DNA of 62,902 bases, filler included, from Globobulimina sp. (taxonomy: Eukaryota): assembly GCA_003354225.1 (NCBI GenBank). It is 38 parts of 38 records of this genome, joined end to end, with 100 filler letters (N's around TTAATTAATTAA, not from the genome) between each part and the next. Parts side by side here need not be neighbours in the genome. Positions count along the whole stretch, not along the records: positions 1 to 1,559 come from PIVH01014825.1; positions 1,660 to 3,218 come from PIVH01014826.1; positions 3,319 to 4,877 come from PIVH01014827.1; positions 4,978 to 6,536 come from PIVH01014828.1; positions 6,637 to 8,195 come from PIVH01014829.1; positions 8,296 to 9,854 come from PIVH01014830.1; positions 9,955 to 11,513 come from PIVH01014831.1; positions 11,614 to 13,172 come from PIVH01014832.1; 30 more parts are not named here. The stretch is one strand, 5' to 3'. Made by a program: the position numbers and the translations under genes. The notes under the pieces are model-generated. The model made no database searches and was not told where the DNA came from. It saw only the letters and a list, made by a program, of their open reading frames with translations. Shown piece after piece: positions 1-11,826 of this stretch (its first letter is position 1; every line of letters starts with the position of its first letter).

Positions 1-223
1 TCGGTATCATCATCATTTATCTCGGAATTAATTACATAATAAGTTGTAAATGAAAGCAATGCAATAAATGAATATAATAATCGTTTCCTATCATTGTTAT
101 ATTTAAGTTTTAATGATTCTTTTTCATCAATCGCATTATATGATGTTTGAAACGCTGACATTATTTGAATTCTTCCAAACTTGATTTTCTTAGATGCTAG
201 TTTTCCCATAAAATATTGTGAGA

Positions 224-1559
224 ATGAATGAAACAAATCCGTACTCTAGCGAGCTGATACCCAAACTGATGGTGAATCCATTGATTGTATTGAATATGGG
301 CACAGAAATGATCTATATATTACAAGAAAGATTGAGGGCACAAAAGATTGCAGCAGATAAAGCATCGCGAGTATTATTAGACACTGTATCATCTTTATTT
401 GGTTTAACAATGATTGATACAATATTTAAACAATCGCGAATCTACCAATCATCAGTGTTACGTGAATTATTTCATCAAATAACTCATTCATCGATAATGA
501 GATTAAATGGTCAATCAATGGATAAATTGTATGATTTGATGTTAATGGGACTAAAAGTACAATTGATAAGTTCGCGAGATTGTTATGAACTCATTGAATC
601 CACATTAAATCGCATTGATAATATTTATAGTATAATAAATAAGGGAGATTCAGCTAATTCCGATCAGAACAATATATCAAATATGATTTGCAATGTTCGA
701 GAAAGAATAATTCGAACATATTTGGTATCAATTTCATCATCAAAATTATTAGTAATACGGAAATATTTATTTCAATGGTTGCAAGACCGTCGAATTAAAG
801 TCTCCATTTTATTACAAAAAAATTTACAATCATTGGATGGTCACATTATCTCAAATACACAGGGCATTCTTCCAAAATATACACAAATTCCTGGCCAACA
901 GTATCGAATTACATTGCAAAATTTAAAAGAAAATAATGTTAATAAATTAAAACAAAATAATTTAATTTTATTAAATTCAAAATGTTGTTATCCAAATAAT
1001 CTAAAATATACATTTCAATTTCAGAAATTGCATACAAAAATCGGCGAAAATCTTTATCAAGTCAAAAATCAGAAAAACAAGAAAGGTTTTTCTGGTTTTA
1101 ACACTTCACCAAATACAGCACAAAATTCACAGAAACGAATTTTAATCTCAACGGCAGTAAAGAATCAATTAAATGATTTATCATCGATTATTAATGATAC
1201 TCAAACCATAACAAATCAGACAGCAAAAAAGAAAATAAATTCCAATCAAGATATAAAATTAAATTTATTTGATATAGACATTCATGACAAAAATGATAAA
1301 AACTCCGTACAAAATAATAAAAAAATCATAAGATTTGGCCGAACAACATCTGCGTTAAAAGATGCTTTGGCTAATTTAGATTTAGGTGATAATGATAATG
1401 ATAATGATAATGACTTTGATGAAATGAAAACAATGGATCATGCTACAAATGAAGAAAACAAGGCTCTTTTTCTTGATTATCTTAAAAATTCTTCTGTAAT
1501 TGATAAAGATATGGCAACAAAAGACCGACATGTTCAAGGTGAGCTATTTAAAAAGAATT
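224..1559 (+). CDS. OSCP1: OSCP1/NOR1-like protein (3' partial)
   Basis: PLIVLNMGTEMIYILQERLRAQKI, HSSIMRLNGQSMDKLYDLMLMGLKVQ and QDRRIKVSILLQ match the OSCP1 family. Confidence 0.85.
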
Positions 1560-1659
1560 NNNNNNNNNNNNNNNNNNNNNNNNNNNNNNNNNNNNNNNNN
1601 NNNTTAATTAATTAANNNNNNNNNNNNNNNNNNNNNNNNNNNNNNNNNNNNNNNNNNNN
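1560..1659. other. Artificial contig linker N44-TTAATTAATTAA-N44 (first of 37; recurs about every 1.66 kb)
   Basis: Identical 100-nt spacer with stops in all six frames. Contig lengths fall monotonically from 1559 to 1557 bp. Confidence 0.99.
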
Positions 1660-2431
1660 TTTTCAATTTGCCTGGTTTTTGTTTCCAACAATTTCTTTTC
1701 TGTCGCAGAAAGTGCTGGTTTCAAAGGTTTGCATTTCTTTTTGTTTCGTGACATTGTTCACTTTTTGATTCAAACCAAAAACACTTTTTTACTTTGAAAA
1801 TCTTTGGTGAAACATGCCCGTTGACAAAACACTTTATCATTTACCAATTGCATGCCAGGAAATCCATGGACGCGGCAAACAAAGACTCGAGCAGTCACTA
1901 TTGAGTACAGATCGATTATTTATAATTATAAAGCTAAAGTAAAATAAAAAAAAAAACATGATAAAGATACATTTCAACATTCAAAAAAAAATAAATAGGG
2001 CTGCTAGGCTCGTTGTTAATTTAAAAACAAACTTAAATAGAAAATTGTAAAATGAACAAAGAAAAAAAAACTTAAATAAAATAGAAATAGAATAACAAGA
2101 CGAGAGATAACAAGAAAAACCAAAGTAAAAAACAAGTACAAGATAAATATGTAAAAATAATAAACATAGATAGAAGGGCGAAAAAACAAAAAGTTTATTA
2201 ATTTTGACAAACAGAAAACGTTTCATCATTCACATATTTACACGTTGTAATTGTTTATTTTTGTATATTGCTCTTCAAACCAAAAATAAATAAACATATA
2301 TTATATACTCTATAATCCAAAAATAAAAAAACTATAATATATTATATACAGTATTCTATAAATTGATTATTGACCATTGTGTACAAAAAATATATTGTAT
2401 GAAGATTGAAGAGTTACAAAATTATAAAAAG

Positions 2432-2802
2432 TCACTTATTTACAACAGAATTTTGCTGTCGCTGCATTTTTTTAATTGCGTGAGTAAAATTTAGCCAATG
2501 ATTGGATAGTATTAACTGCCTAATTTCCCCTGCCACGGTATCAAATAACATCGAATCAATAACAAACTCATCAGAATTTGCATCATGTTTCCTTTGACAG
2601 CATCGTAATCGCGACCAAAACTCAGATATTGCAGTATACGACACATTGACCGGAAACTCACTGTTTGTTGAAAATGATATCTTAGCAATTTCGTTTGCTT
2701 TGTCTAATTTCTCAATATGATGTTGCGAGAATATATCCTTATATTCTTCATATAATTGCAAAAAAATAACGATTTCGCAACAATACATTGCCTCTAGATA
2801 TC
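2432..2802 (-). CDS. Eukaryotic RGS-domain-like protein, C-terminal fragment
   Basis: YLEAMYCCEIVIFL, SEFPVNVSY and LFDTVAGEIRQLILSNHWLNF resemble RGS helices. The 5' end is replaced by bacterial sequence. Confidence 0.5.
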
Positions 2803-2804
2803 GA

Positions 2805-3218
2805 TCAGGGTGAATTGTAATAGGATTCAGTGAAGGAAAAGTCACAGATCAGGGGGGAGTGATCGGATAGTTGCACATCTGGGATTGTAAAATTTTGTAC
2901 CAGAAGCTCTTTACTGTGAAGGATGAAGTCCAGTGGCCTATGTGGCGCATGGCTGTGGTGGGACGGGCTGTTATCAGGGTTTGCATTTTTCATGTTGGTA
3001 GCGGCTAGAAAAAGTTCAAGCTCTGTGGAGCCCCAGAAAGTGTTGAAATCCCCTCCGATTATCACAGGTTTGTCGGTCTCTTTGACTAGTTGGTGGAGAT
3101 ATTGCAACTGATGCTGACGATGTCGGAATTTTAATGAGAGGTGGACGATGAAAAAAACCACTGATTCAAACTCAGCCTGAATGATAAGACGCTTGATGCC
3201 TTCTTTGAAATAGTGGTA
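2805..3218 (-). CDS. Bacterial endonuclease/exonuclease/phosphatase (EEP) family protein (5' partial)
   Basis: VHLSL, PVIIGGDFN, LDFIL and SDHSPL motifs; higher GC than the rest of the contig. Confidence 0.9.
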   Translation of the reverse strand, partial: YHYFKEGIKRLIIQAEFESVVFFIVHLSLKFRHRQHQLQYLHQLVKETDKPVIIGGDFNTFWGSTELELFLAATNMKNANPDNSPSHHSHAPHRPLDFILHSKELLVQNFTIPDVQLSDHSPLICDFSFTESYYNSP

Positions 3219-3318
3219 NNNNNNNNNNNNNNNNNNNNNNNNNNNNNNNNNNNNNNNNNNNNTTAATTAATTAANNNNNNNNNNNNNNNNNNNNNNNNNN
3301 NNNNNNNNNNNNNNNNNN

Positions 3319-4877
3319 GCAGGCTTTGCCCAAACCGAAACCCAACAAAAAGCAGAAAAAGCAAAGCGACAGCAATGTGCATACAGTGTCTCCGAATAAG
3401 CGGTATCAGATTGCGATGCAGCATCAAATGATAAAACACCATCAACGGCATCAACGTACACTGCAGCCAGGCAACAAAAATCCAGCTACGATCACACGGA
3501 ATGATATAAATCTGCACGTTCTCGCACAAAAAAGAAAGAAAAAAAAGAATCGACATATGAGCGAACCATATATTATGTCGCCACCACAGCACAAACATAA
3601 CCATTTCGTGAATGGCGAAATGAAAGAAAATCCATTGTCTGAGTCTTCGCCGGAGATTACAATCACTCCCATTCAATTTATTGATGTTCAAAAGTCCAAA
3701 TCCGGCAATATTATGAATAAACGGTTGCGATCAAAGTCAAACCCCACGCAATTAGTTATATATTATATTTTTTGTTTGTATTCATATCCTCGCACTCGAT
3801 GCAATAAATTCGTTTTGCAGTCATATTCTGAGAAATATAGCAAAATTAATCTGTTTGCAATTTAATTTTTTCATATTTCGTATACAGGCAAAAGAAAACA
3901 AGGATGGATTTGTAATGGATAAATCCGCCAAAAAAAAGAAAAAAAAGCACAAAAAAAGGAAACCCGACGCCAACAAACGCAAATCGTCGACGCCCACTGT
4001 CAACCGCAAAAAACCGCGACGACGCAGAGAAGGCGCCGGCGAACATAATCCGTTTCAAACCGATGTCGCCACAGACGACCACACTCCAAATAAAAATAAA
4101 AATACACTCCACCCGTCCATGTACATAGAAAAAAACAAAAACCCTCGGAAAAGCTATTACGATTCCAATTATTACGCCAAATACGCAAAGCACAGTAAAT
4201 TGGAGGCTCAAAGCTCCGGCCATTCCAATCTGACCAACAGCACTCATTTCACGGCCACCACCATCAGCGAGACGCCGGTGCCACGCGAAGCCAGTTCGAC
4301 GCACAAAAAAACCATCACCATGACGCCCATCAACATCGAGCTGATCAACCAATCGCTAAACACGCAATTCCTGCAACAATCGCCCAACAAAACCACCACC
4401 ATTTCGAGTGCCATGGTGCCGCCGCCGCCCTCACCGCAATTAACCAAGAAAAAGTACAACAACTTATCGCCGTCACCCTCTCCCTCCTTCCGCCTCAACG
4501 ACAATCACCGCAAATCCACGGATAACAGCACCGTGACCGCCACCTTCGACGACGGCGCCTTACCAAACCACGACAGCGACAGTACGTTGTCGCAGGACAC
4601 AGCCAACAGCGGCACGAACAAAATAAATGGCCGAACGCCCACACCGCGGACCGACCGCTCCAACACAGAAACAGTAACGTACAGAAACGCAAAGTATTCG
4701 GTCGGATCACCAGTGCCCATCTCCGATATCGCCTTGTCTGACGATGGCAAAATATTTGAGATTCGCGTGGAAAAAGTAGCGCATATTATAGATGAAGCAA
4801 ACCAGAGCTCTGACACGGAAACGTTGATATCATCGTCGTCGTCATGCAGCTCATCGTCAGACAACAAGCAGATAATT
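3319..4877 (+). CDS. Low-complexity Lys/Ser/Thr/Pro-rich eukaryotic protein (partial); intron 3755-3887
   Basis: A GTTATA...TACAG phase-0 intron joins ORFs 3326 and 3855 in frame. Confidence 0.6.
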
Positions 4878-4977
4878 NNNNNNNNNNNNNNNNNNNNNNN
4901 NNNNNNNNNNNNNNNNNNNNNTTAATTAATTAANNNNNNNNNNNNNNNNNNNNNNNNNNNNNNNNNNNNNNNNNNNN

Positions 4978-5949
4978 ACAATATCAAGTTACGAAACCGA
5001 AGGTCATGATCAAGTCATGATTGTTGACAATGATTTTTCAAATGCTGATAATAACGTGATCTATGGTGGTTCAGAACAAATGGTACTTATGGGTAATCTG
5101 GTAGAAAATTCAAGTTTAACCCATGTTGTGAGAATCTGGCAGGCTTTTCGTAGTGTCATTAGTCACAATATTTTATCAGGAGCAAATTTAGACAATAGCA
5201 GTGGGCGGCATGCATTAAAGCTTCACGGTCCATTTGTGGAAACACTGGCAGATAATAGTGGAAATGAACACATTGTGAATCCTTCGCGTTATATAATGAT
5301 ATCAGATAATGTGTTCGGAGGTTGCGGACCATGGACAGTTGCCATCGGACCTCAAAATGCCAATTACGATGAACGGCTAAGTGATATCATTTTAGAAAAA
5401 AACAGATTTTTTGCAGACTATGGTTTGCAAAGTGTTAATGAAGTTTCCCGCTCACTCTTGGTTTGGGCACGCGACGTAACTATAAGAAATAACATTTTTG
5501 ACGGTAACGGATCTGGTCCCGCATATGTTGGAGTTACTGTTGAACAACGCGGTATTGAACCACCGCCTTTGCATGTCCAAATTTTCAACAATACAGTTTA
5601 CAAAACTGATGCAGCAGATGAAGACGCTTATAATATGTATCTTGCTGTAGACATTGCAGATACCGCCAATCAAATTTCGGTGCAAAATAATTTAGTTCAC
5701 TTACCGAATTCCGGTGATTTAGTAATGGTATTCCGAGATGAAAGTTCAGATCTTACTGAATCCAGTAATCTGCTAACCGACCTACCAGTCCTTACTGATC
5801 CCGATAATAGTTATCATTTTTTAAGAGATTATAGCTTACAAGCTGGCTCTCCAGCGATTGATGCAGGTGAAACGATTTCAGTATTGGATGACTTTGCTGG
5901 TAATGATCGGATAGGATCTTTTTATGAAATAGGCGCATTTTCGTATTAA
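4978..5949 (+). CDS. Bacterial right-handed beta-helix protein with choice-of-anchor-Q-like C-terminus (5' partial)
   Basis: Repeated I-x-NN-x-F beta-helix units; C-terminal YSLQAGSPAIDAG...DDFAGNDR...EIGAF. Confidence 0.75.
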   Translation, partial: TISSYETEGHDQVMIVDNDFSNADNNVIYGGSEQMVLMGNLVENSSLTHVVRIWQAFRSVISHNILSGANLDNSSGRHALKLHGPFVETLADNSGNEHIVNPSRYIMISDNVFGGCGPWTVAIGPQNANYDERLSDIILEKNRFFADYGLQSVNEVSRSLLVWARDVTIRNNIFDGNGSGPAYVGVTVEQRGIEPPPLHVQIFNNTVYKTDAADEDAYNMYLAVDIADTANQISVQNNLVHLPNSGDLVMVFRDESSDLTESSNLLTDLPVLTDPDNSYHFLRDYSLQAGSPAIDAGETISVLDDFAGNDRIGSFYEIGAFSY

Positions 5950-5989
5950 ACATTGCAAATGGAGATTGCTTAGAACGTAAATAGGAATC

Positions 5990-6421
5990 AGGGTGAATCA
6001 TATGCTGAATCCATTAAATCATTTACCTGGTGATTGGTAAGTTCCGCCAAGGGGCTGGTCAACCTGACTATCGTGTACTGAGGCGGATGTTAAAACACAG
6101 CTTATGGGGAATATGATCATCTGCCACATCAATTTGTAATTTGTACCCTGCCCTGGACTTTTTATAACCCTTACTGTTCATTTTAGTTCCCACATCACAA
6201 GCCTTGGGCAAGTCATCGAGCATTTCTTTGGTTTCCATGAATTGCTAACGTCCAAACGAGTTGGCTCCTTTATTCGCACTTCACCTTTTCCGGGACGACC
6301 TCTTTTTTTCTTTTGTTTCACAACTTTGACTTTTTTCATCGATTTTTCTCTGGCATCAATAGAGGTGGAATCCCTTGATATGTGACCGGCAATTTTATTT
6401 CCCATATGCTCTTTGATGACA
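5990..6421 (-). pseudogene. Degenerate DDE transposase (IS5/IS4-like), several frameshifts
   Basis: GHISRDSTSIDAREK and KRGRPGKGE, continuing in shifted frames as LPKACDVGTK..SKGY..GYKL, SASVHDSQV and DLMDSAYD. Confidence 0.75.
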
Positions 6422-6536
6422 CTAGTATAAAGTTTCATTAAAACATTTACATTTAATTCAATTTCGACTATCATAGCAAAAAACTGTGGAGATAGTCATG
6501 GCCCGAAAGACAAAACGAGCAAAACTGATATTGACG
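6422..6536 (+). mobile_element. Left end and transposase start of a probable IS630-family element
   Basis: CTAGTATAAAGTTTCATTAA end-like sequence at the point where the upstream transposase homology stops; GGAG RBS; ATG at 6498, MARKTKRAKLILT. Confidence 0.5.
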
Positions 6537-6637
6537 NNNNNNNNNNNNNNNNNNNNNNNNNNNNNNNNNNNNNNNNNNNNTTAATTAATTAANNNNNNNN
6601 NNNNNNNNNNNNNNNNNNNNNNNNNNNNNNNNNNNNT

Positions 6638-7600
6638 TGTTTTAAAATGTTTGTGGAGCCCGCTATTAAAAAATATTCCGGCATTGAAAGCAATTTCAAT
6701 TGTCAACATCCACCAATTTCGGTAGAAATCACCAAAGACATTAAGATGGATCCAAACCGACCCAATTATAGTCGATGCATTATTTATTGGGATAAAGCTA
6801 AAAATAAATTTGTTGGCGTCCCGACCGGCTCGCAGCGCTCATCGCGATTATTATCGTGTAAATCTGCAAATTGTTTATTGCGAATTCCGCAAAAAAAAGG
6901 TGTTTTGGCCAAAGGGACAATGGTGAAAGCACTGGTGATTGGCGATTTAATTCCAAATATGCCACCCGATGATGAGGAGGACGATAAAGCCGAGAATAAG
7001 GCGGATGAACATGAACATTTAATGGATTGCGATTGTGGTAAAAGCCATGCACCGCATACCAGCCATACCAGCCATGCCCATCCGACTGGCAATAAATTAA
7101 AAATGTCGTCCAATATAAATATCGGTGTATTGACGGTCAGTGATCGTGCCTCGAAAGGTATATATTCAGATAAAAGTGGGCCAATTTTGGTGGAGGGGTT
7201 AAAAGAAATATTCGATGCGAAATATATCAATTCGATGAATAATAAAATTGTGGCGGATAATTATGGCGAAATTGAAAGCATTTTGACTTTGTGGGATAAG
7301 CAATGTGACCTAATTATAACAAGTGGCGGAACAGGCTTTGGTGAAAGAGATATTACACCGGATGTCACAAAGCAATTTATTGAAAAAGATTGTCAAGGCC
7401 TTGTTTTTAAAATGATGCAATATGGTTTAAAGCAGACAAAATTTGCGTGTTTAAGTCGTTATCTCGCCGGCATTTCCAAAAATAAAACGCTAATTATTAA
7501 TATGCCGGGATCCACAAAGGCCGTCACTCAGTGTTTAGAGTCGATTAAAGAGGTATTGCCTCATGCTATCAATCAAATTCATGAAAGGAGCAAATTGTAA
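6638..7600 (+). CDS. Molybdenum cofactor biosynthesis protein CNX1/gephyrin-like, MoeA C-terminus followed by MogA domain (5' partial)
   Basis: RPNYSR..TGSQRSSRLLS..ANCLL (MoeA_C), then VLTVSDR, TSGGTGFGERDITPD and INMPGS (MogA). Confidence 0.9.
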   Translation, partial: CFKMFVEPAIKKYSGIESNFNCQHPPISVEITKDIKMDPNRPNYSRCIIYWDKAKNKFVGVPTGSQRSSRLLSCKSANCLLRIPQKKGVLAKGTMVKALVIGDLIPNMPPDDEEDDKAENKADEHEHLMDCDCGKSHAPHTSHTSHAHPTGNKLKMSSNINIGVLTVSDRASKGIYSDKSGPILVEGLKEIFDAKYINSMNNKIVADNYGEIESILTLWDKQCDLIITSGGTGFGERDITPDVTKQFIEKDCQGLVFKMMQYGLKQTKFACLSRYLAGISKNKTLIINMPGSTKAVTQCLESIKEVLPHAINQIHERSKL

Positions 7601-8312
7601 ATTTAATCAATATTAACGTATTTTTATGTAACTAATCACAGCTGACAGCTCTTTGTAGTGGTCTCATAGAAAAAAACGTATATATATTTTTTTATATATA
7701 TTTTTTTATATATATTTTTTTAGTGCAAGATTTGAGAGTTTTGAAAAGTTTTGAAGATTCGAGAGATTTCATTCGAAAAAGTTTCGAGAAAACAAAGATT
7801 TCATTCGAAGTTTTGAAAAGTTTTGAGTGAAGCGCTGGTCCGTCAAAGAACATCCAAATATATATGATTATGATATCGGATAAATTCAGGAGTCATATTG
7901 ATATAAAGAATTTGTTTATTGATTTGCGCCAATGTTTTGATTATGCAAATATGGATCACAAAGGGAATATCGATAAATATAATGGAATAGGTACGCCTCA
8001 TAAGTCCATAATGGCTCATATACTACAGATGATACTGACTGTTTTGTGTGTGTTCGAGTCTATTATGGAAAATAAGAGACATAGATAAAAGCAAAATAAG
8101 CGTAATCGGAGAGAAATCTTCAAACTCTAAGAAATCAATTGATATATTAAAAAGCTATTTGGACTATTTTGGAGAAGGGAAGAATGGCTTTATAGNNNNN
8201 NNNNNNNNNNNNNNNNNNNNNNNNNNNNNNNNNNNNNNNTTAATTAATTAANNNNNNNNNNNNNNNNNNNNNNNNNNNNNNNNNNNNNNNNNNNNCCTAA
8301 ACTCTAAAAATA

Positions 8313-8445
8313 ATTTTTTTCTGATTGATTGACTCGAACATATGTGTAATCACTTTATGACTAAATAGTTCCCGGAATAATCCTAACCTAAACTGTATTT
8401 TTTTCTGATTGGTTGACTCGAACATATGTGTAATCACTTTATGAC
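8313..8445. repeat. Direct repeat, 2 x ~49 bp, 84-bp period
   Basis: ATTTTTTTCTGATTG(A/G)TTGACTCGAACATATGTGTAATCACTTTATGAC at 8313 and 8397. Confidence 0.9.
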
Positions 8446-8551
8446 GCCAGAACACACCCCAGACAACACACACAAAAGAGCAGGCAGAACACCCCCCACA
8501 CAAAAGAGCAGACAGAGCCCACCCCACACAAAAGAACATTAATTATATTCG

Positions 8552-9854
8552 ATGTCTGACATGGATGTTTGTATTGGAGACCAAGTATTACTAACAAATC
8601 AATTAGTTGGTACAGTTGAGTTTATTGGGCACTTACATGACTACAATGAAATAGATGTTGAAGAATATGTTTTTGATGAAGCAACAACATATGAGATTAA
8701 ATATGGAATATTAATAGATTTAAGCACGTATAAGAAATATCCATCATGTTTAGATAAAAAACGAAACTCAAAATATGGGACAATAAATAAAGTTTGTCGT
8801 ATTCCAATTGAATTGTTTAATATCGATAATATGAATGTATATTTTGAATCAGTTTTCATTGACATTGATGAGATTGTATATGTAAAGCGGAGAAAGCACA
8901 ATTTTCGAATTAAAATGAATGAAAAATATATAATTCCGACTGAGTTTGGTTCAATTTATGGTGCATGTCTTACTCAACTAAAATATGCCGGATATTTATG
9001 TGCACACAAAACAAAAACACATGACAATATATCCGATTATAACGAATATATCTCAAATAATGGGTTATTACAAAATTATTATGTCGGTTTCGTGGTAAAT
9101 AAACAATATAAAAATATGATAAATTGGGGCTGGGGCACTTATAATCCAAATAAGCGATGGTGCCGATTGTATCCACAAGATAGTCGAAGATATATTCATC
9201 ATAAATTCACGGCAAGTTTAGACTCAATACGGCCACAACCAAACGATGATATTGTTTTATTTATAAATTTATACGAATTAATTACAATGCTCAACGACAC
9301 AAAATGTGTTGTTAGCAATGACCATAATGACTTACATTTATATCAGTTTAGAAGATGCATTGCGTTCTATTTCGACGCAATTAAGAAACTACCCAAATTG
9401 CATAAGTTTGAGCAATTATCATTTAAAACATTCTTAGAATCCGTTTTATTGCGATATTGGAAATGTATTACTTACAAACAAAATATAAAGGATATAAATG
9501 TTTTAATTATTGATTATATTTCAATATATTTGCGCGATGATGTATTAATAGAGAGATCATCACTGATTACAGAGTTATATGAATGTGGTTTTATTGACAA
9601 ATTATTATCTCCAAACTATGGATTTGATAAATTGACAATTATCGATAATGAGAGTATGCGCGAATTAATTTATAAAAATGAGAAATGTTTATTGCATCCA
9701 TGGATTGAGGGACATGTATTTGACACAAAATTGTGGATCAAAACACAATGGAATAACGAGGATGGATACAGAGCGATTATACCAGCATTCAGGGGCAAGT
9801 TCCAAGGCAGCACAAATATAAAAGATGAGTTTAAAAATGGTGATATTAAATATC
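8552..9854 (+). CDS. Hypothetical protein with degenerate CAP-Gly-like N-terminus (3' partial)
   Basis: IGDQV..GTVEFIG..YGILID..GTI pattern; long ORF. Confidence 0.5.
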
Positions 9855-9954
9855 NNNNNNNNNNNNNNNNNNNNNNNNNNNNNNNNNNNNNNNNNNNNTT
9901 AATTAATTAANNNNNNNNNNNNNNNNNNNNNNNNNNNNNNNNNNNNNNNNNNNN

Positions 9955-11486
9955 GTTATTGTTATTGCAGATATGGCAAAACAATAACCAAATGACTCAG
10001 ATGATGATGATATTGTCATTGCAGATATGATTGCACCAACCCCAGGCAACGCAGATAATGCCAACATAACCACCATCCCTCCATCCAACGCAGATTCTGA
10101 CACACAACCCGATGATGACCCGTACCTTAAATATTCAGCAGTTGACACGGCGCTGAAGTACGCAAACACAAATTCCGCGCCGGGATATGACGGAATCAAA
10201 TCAATCCATCTTAAACTGAACAATGACACTCTTTTTAATGTCTGGAACGATACTTATGTCATCCCATTCTACTGTCGGTTAGGATCCATCATCGCCATTC
10301 TAAAACAGCCTGATGGTGATCACAAATTTAATATCCCCATCAATCTTTGCAAAATAATCAAATCAATCTATAACAATTCACACTCAGCCATACTAAATAT
10401 CCCATTCATCACTCAATTATTTAAACTGCATAACGGTGTGTTACAGGGTTCGGTGCTAAGCCCCATCCTCTTTGCTGCTTTCATAAATGATATGATTGAC
10501 GAATTACAGGATTCGAACAAAGGCGCCAACTCTCCAGACCCTCACGAACAAATAGCCTGCATCTTCTATGCAGATGATGTCATATTATTGGCCAATACGG
10601 TCGAAAATCTCCAATTCCTTCTCAAAATTTGTGAGAAGCACAGCAAAATATGGGCGTATATGTTTAATGCCAAAAAATGCAAAACCATCATTTATAATGA
10701 CCCCAATCTCCTTTATAACAACACAAATCATTATAACACTGATCAAAAAAAACAAATCAATAATGAATATTACACCAAAATCAATTATAATAACTACTTA
10801 CCTGCACCAATGGTCCTATTACAACAATCCAAAAACAAACAGACATTGGCAGTTGACATCAACGGCCATATACGCAGTTACTACAATGCTGACATCCCTG
10901 AACAGCATCGCCAACTCTTCAAAGAACACTGTGAATACTACAGAAACAATATCAGCAATAAACCATTTCATATAATATGGGATAACATCATATTCGATCC
11001 GACCTGGGCCCCGGGATCCCTTCGCCCATAGAAAGATGGACTGTGTTGAAATTATCTTTCTATTGGAAACTAATACACAACAAACCAATATCATACATGC
11101 ATAAATGGTGTACCCTCCCCAATATAGCCACATACACACTTTATAAACAATACATTGATCTAAAAAATAAATGGCTGCCAATTGAACAGCAACTCAATGA
11201 AGACAACATCATAACATCTGATCCTTTCAATGAGGCATTAAATCCAACTGAATTGCGTCCATCTATTGTCCTAAAACAACACAAAGGCATTGTCCACTCC
11301 TTCAACAACTACCATCCATTAAGAATCCTCAAACACCATCTATCCGATTATAAAGCTATGAACACGTACGAGGTCCCTGACTTAGATGATTATGTTAAGG
11401 GTATTGATACGCCGAATTTCTCGTCTTTTTCCATTATTGTGTCCATAATATTTGATGTTTTTGTTTCGAGATCTTGTCCTAATTAA
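9955..11486 (+). mobile_element. Degenerate non-LTR retrotransposon reverse transcriptase
   Basis: APGYDGI, GVLQGSVLSP, YADD and FNAKKCK motifs. Part of RT domains 2-3 appears deleted, and the ORF is broken at about 11031. Confidence 0.85.
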
Positions 11487-11826
11487 TTGCTAATGCTTTA
11501 AATATTGAACATTNNNNNNNNNNNNNNNNNNNNNNNNNNNNNNNNNNNNNNNNNNNNTTAATTAATTAANNNNNNNNNNNNNNNNNNNNNNNNNNNNNNN
11601 NNNNNNNNNNNNNCAAGAAGTTTAGTGGCGAGAAAATTATATGTGTATTGAAATAGTGATCACATTTGGAAAAATAACCAAAAACAAGGAATTTAACCTA
11701 AATAATTTGACGACTTGCAGCCAGTTCTGGGCAAATCCGTCTCCTGTAGTCGCCCTTTAACGATCATTTAACTAAACAATATACTAATTTTCAACAAACT
11801 AAACACCTTCAAATCATCAAACTAAC

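Noticed and set aside
1560-1659. Regularly spaced TTAATTAATTAA palindromes
   Set aside because: Artificial linker. ORFs ending in X..LIN are truncated at contig ends.
1981-2229. Hydrophobic F/L-rich ORFs
   Set aside because: Products of A-rich low-complexity non-coding DNA.
7730-7830. GAAAAGTTTT repeats as telomere
   Set aside because: Few, degenerate, internal copies; no regular telomeric unit.
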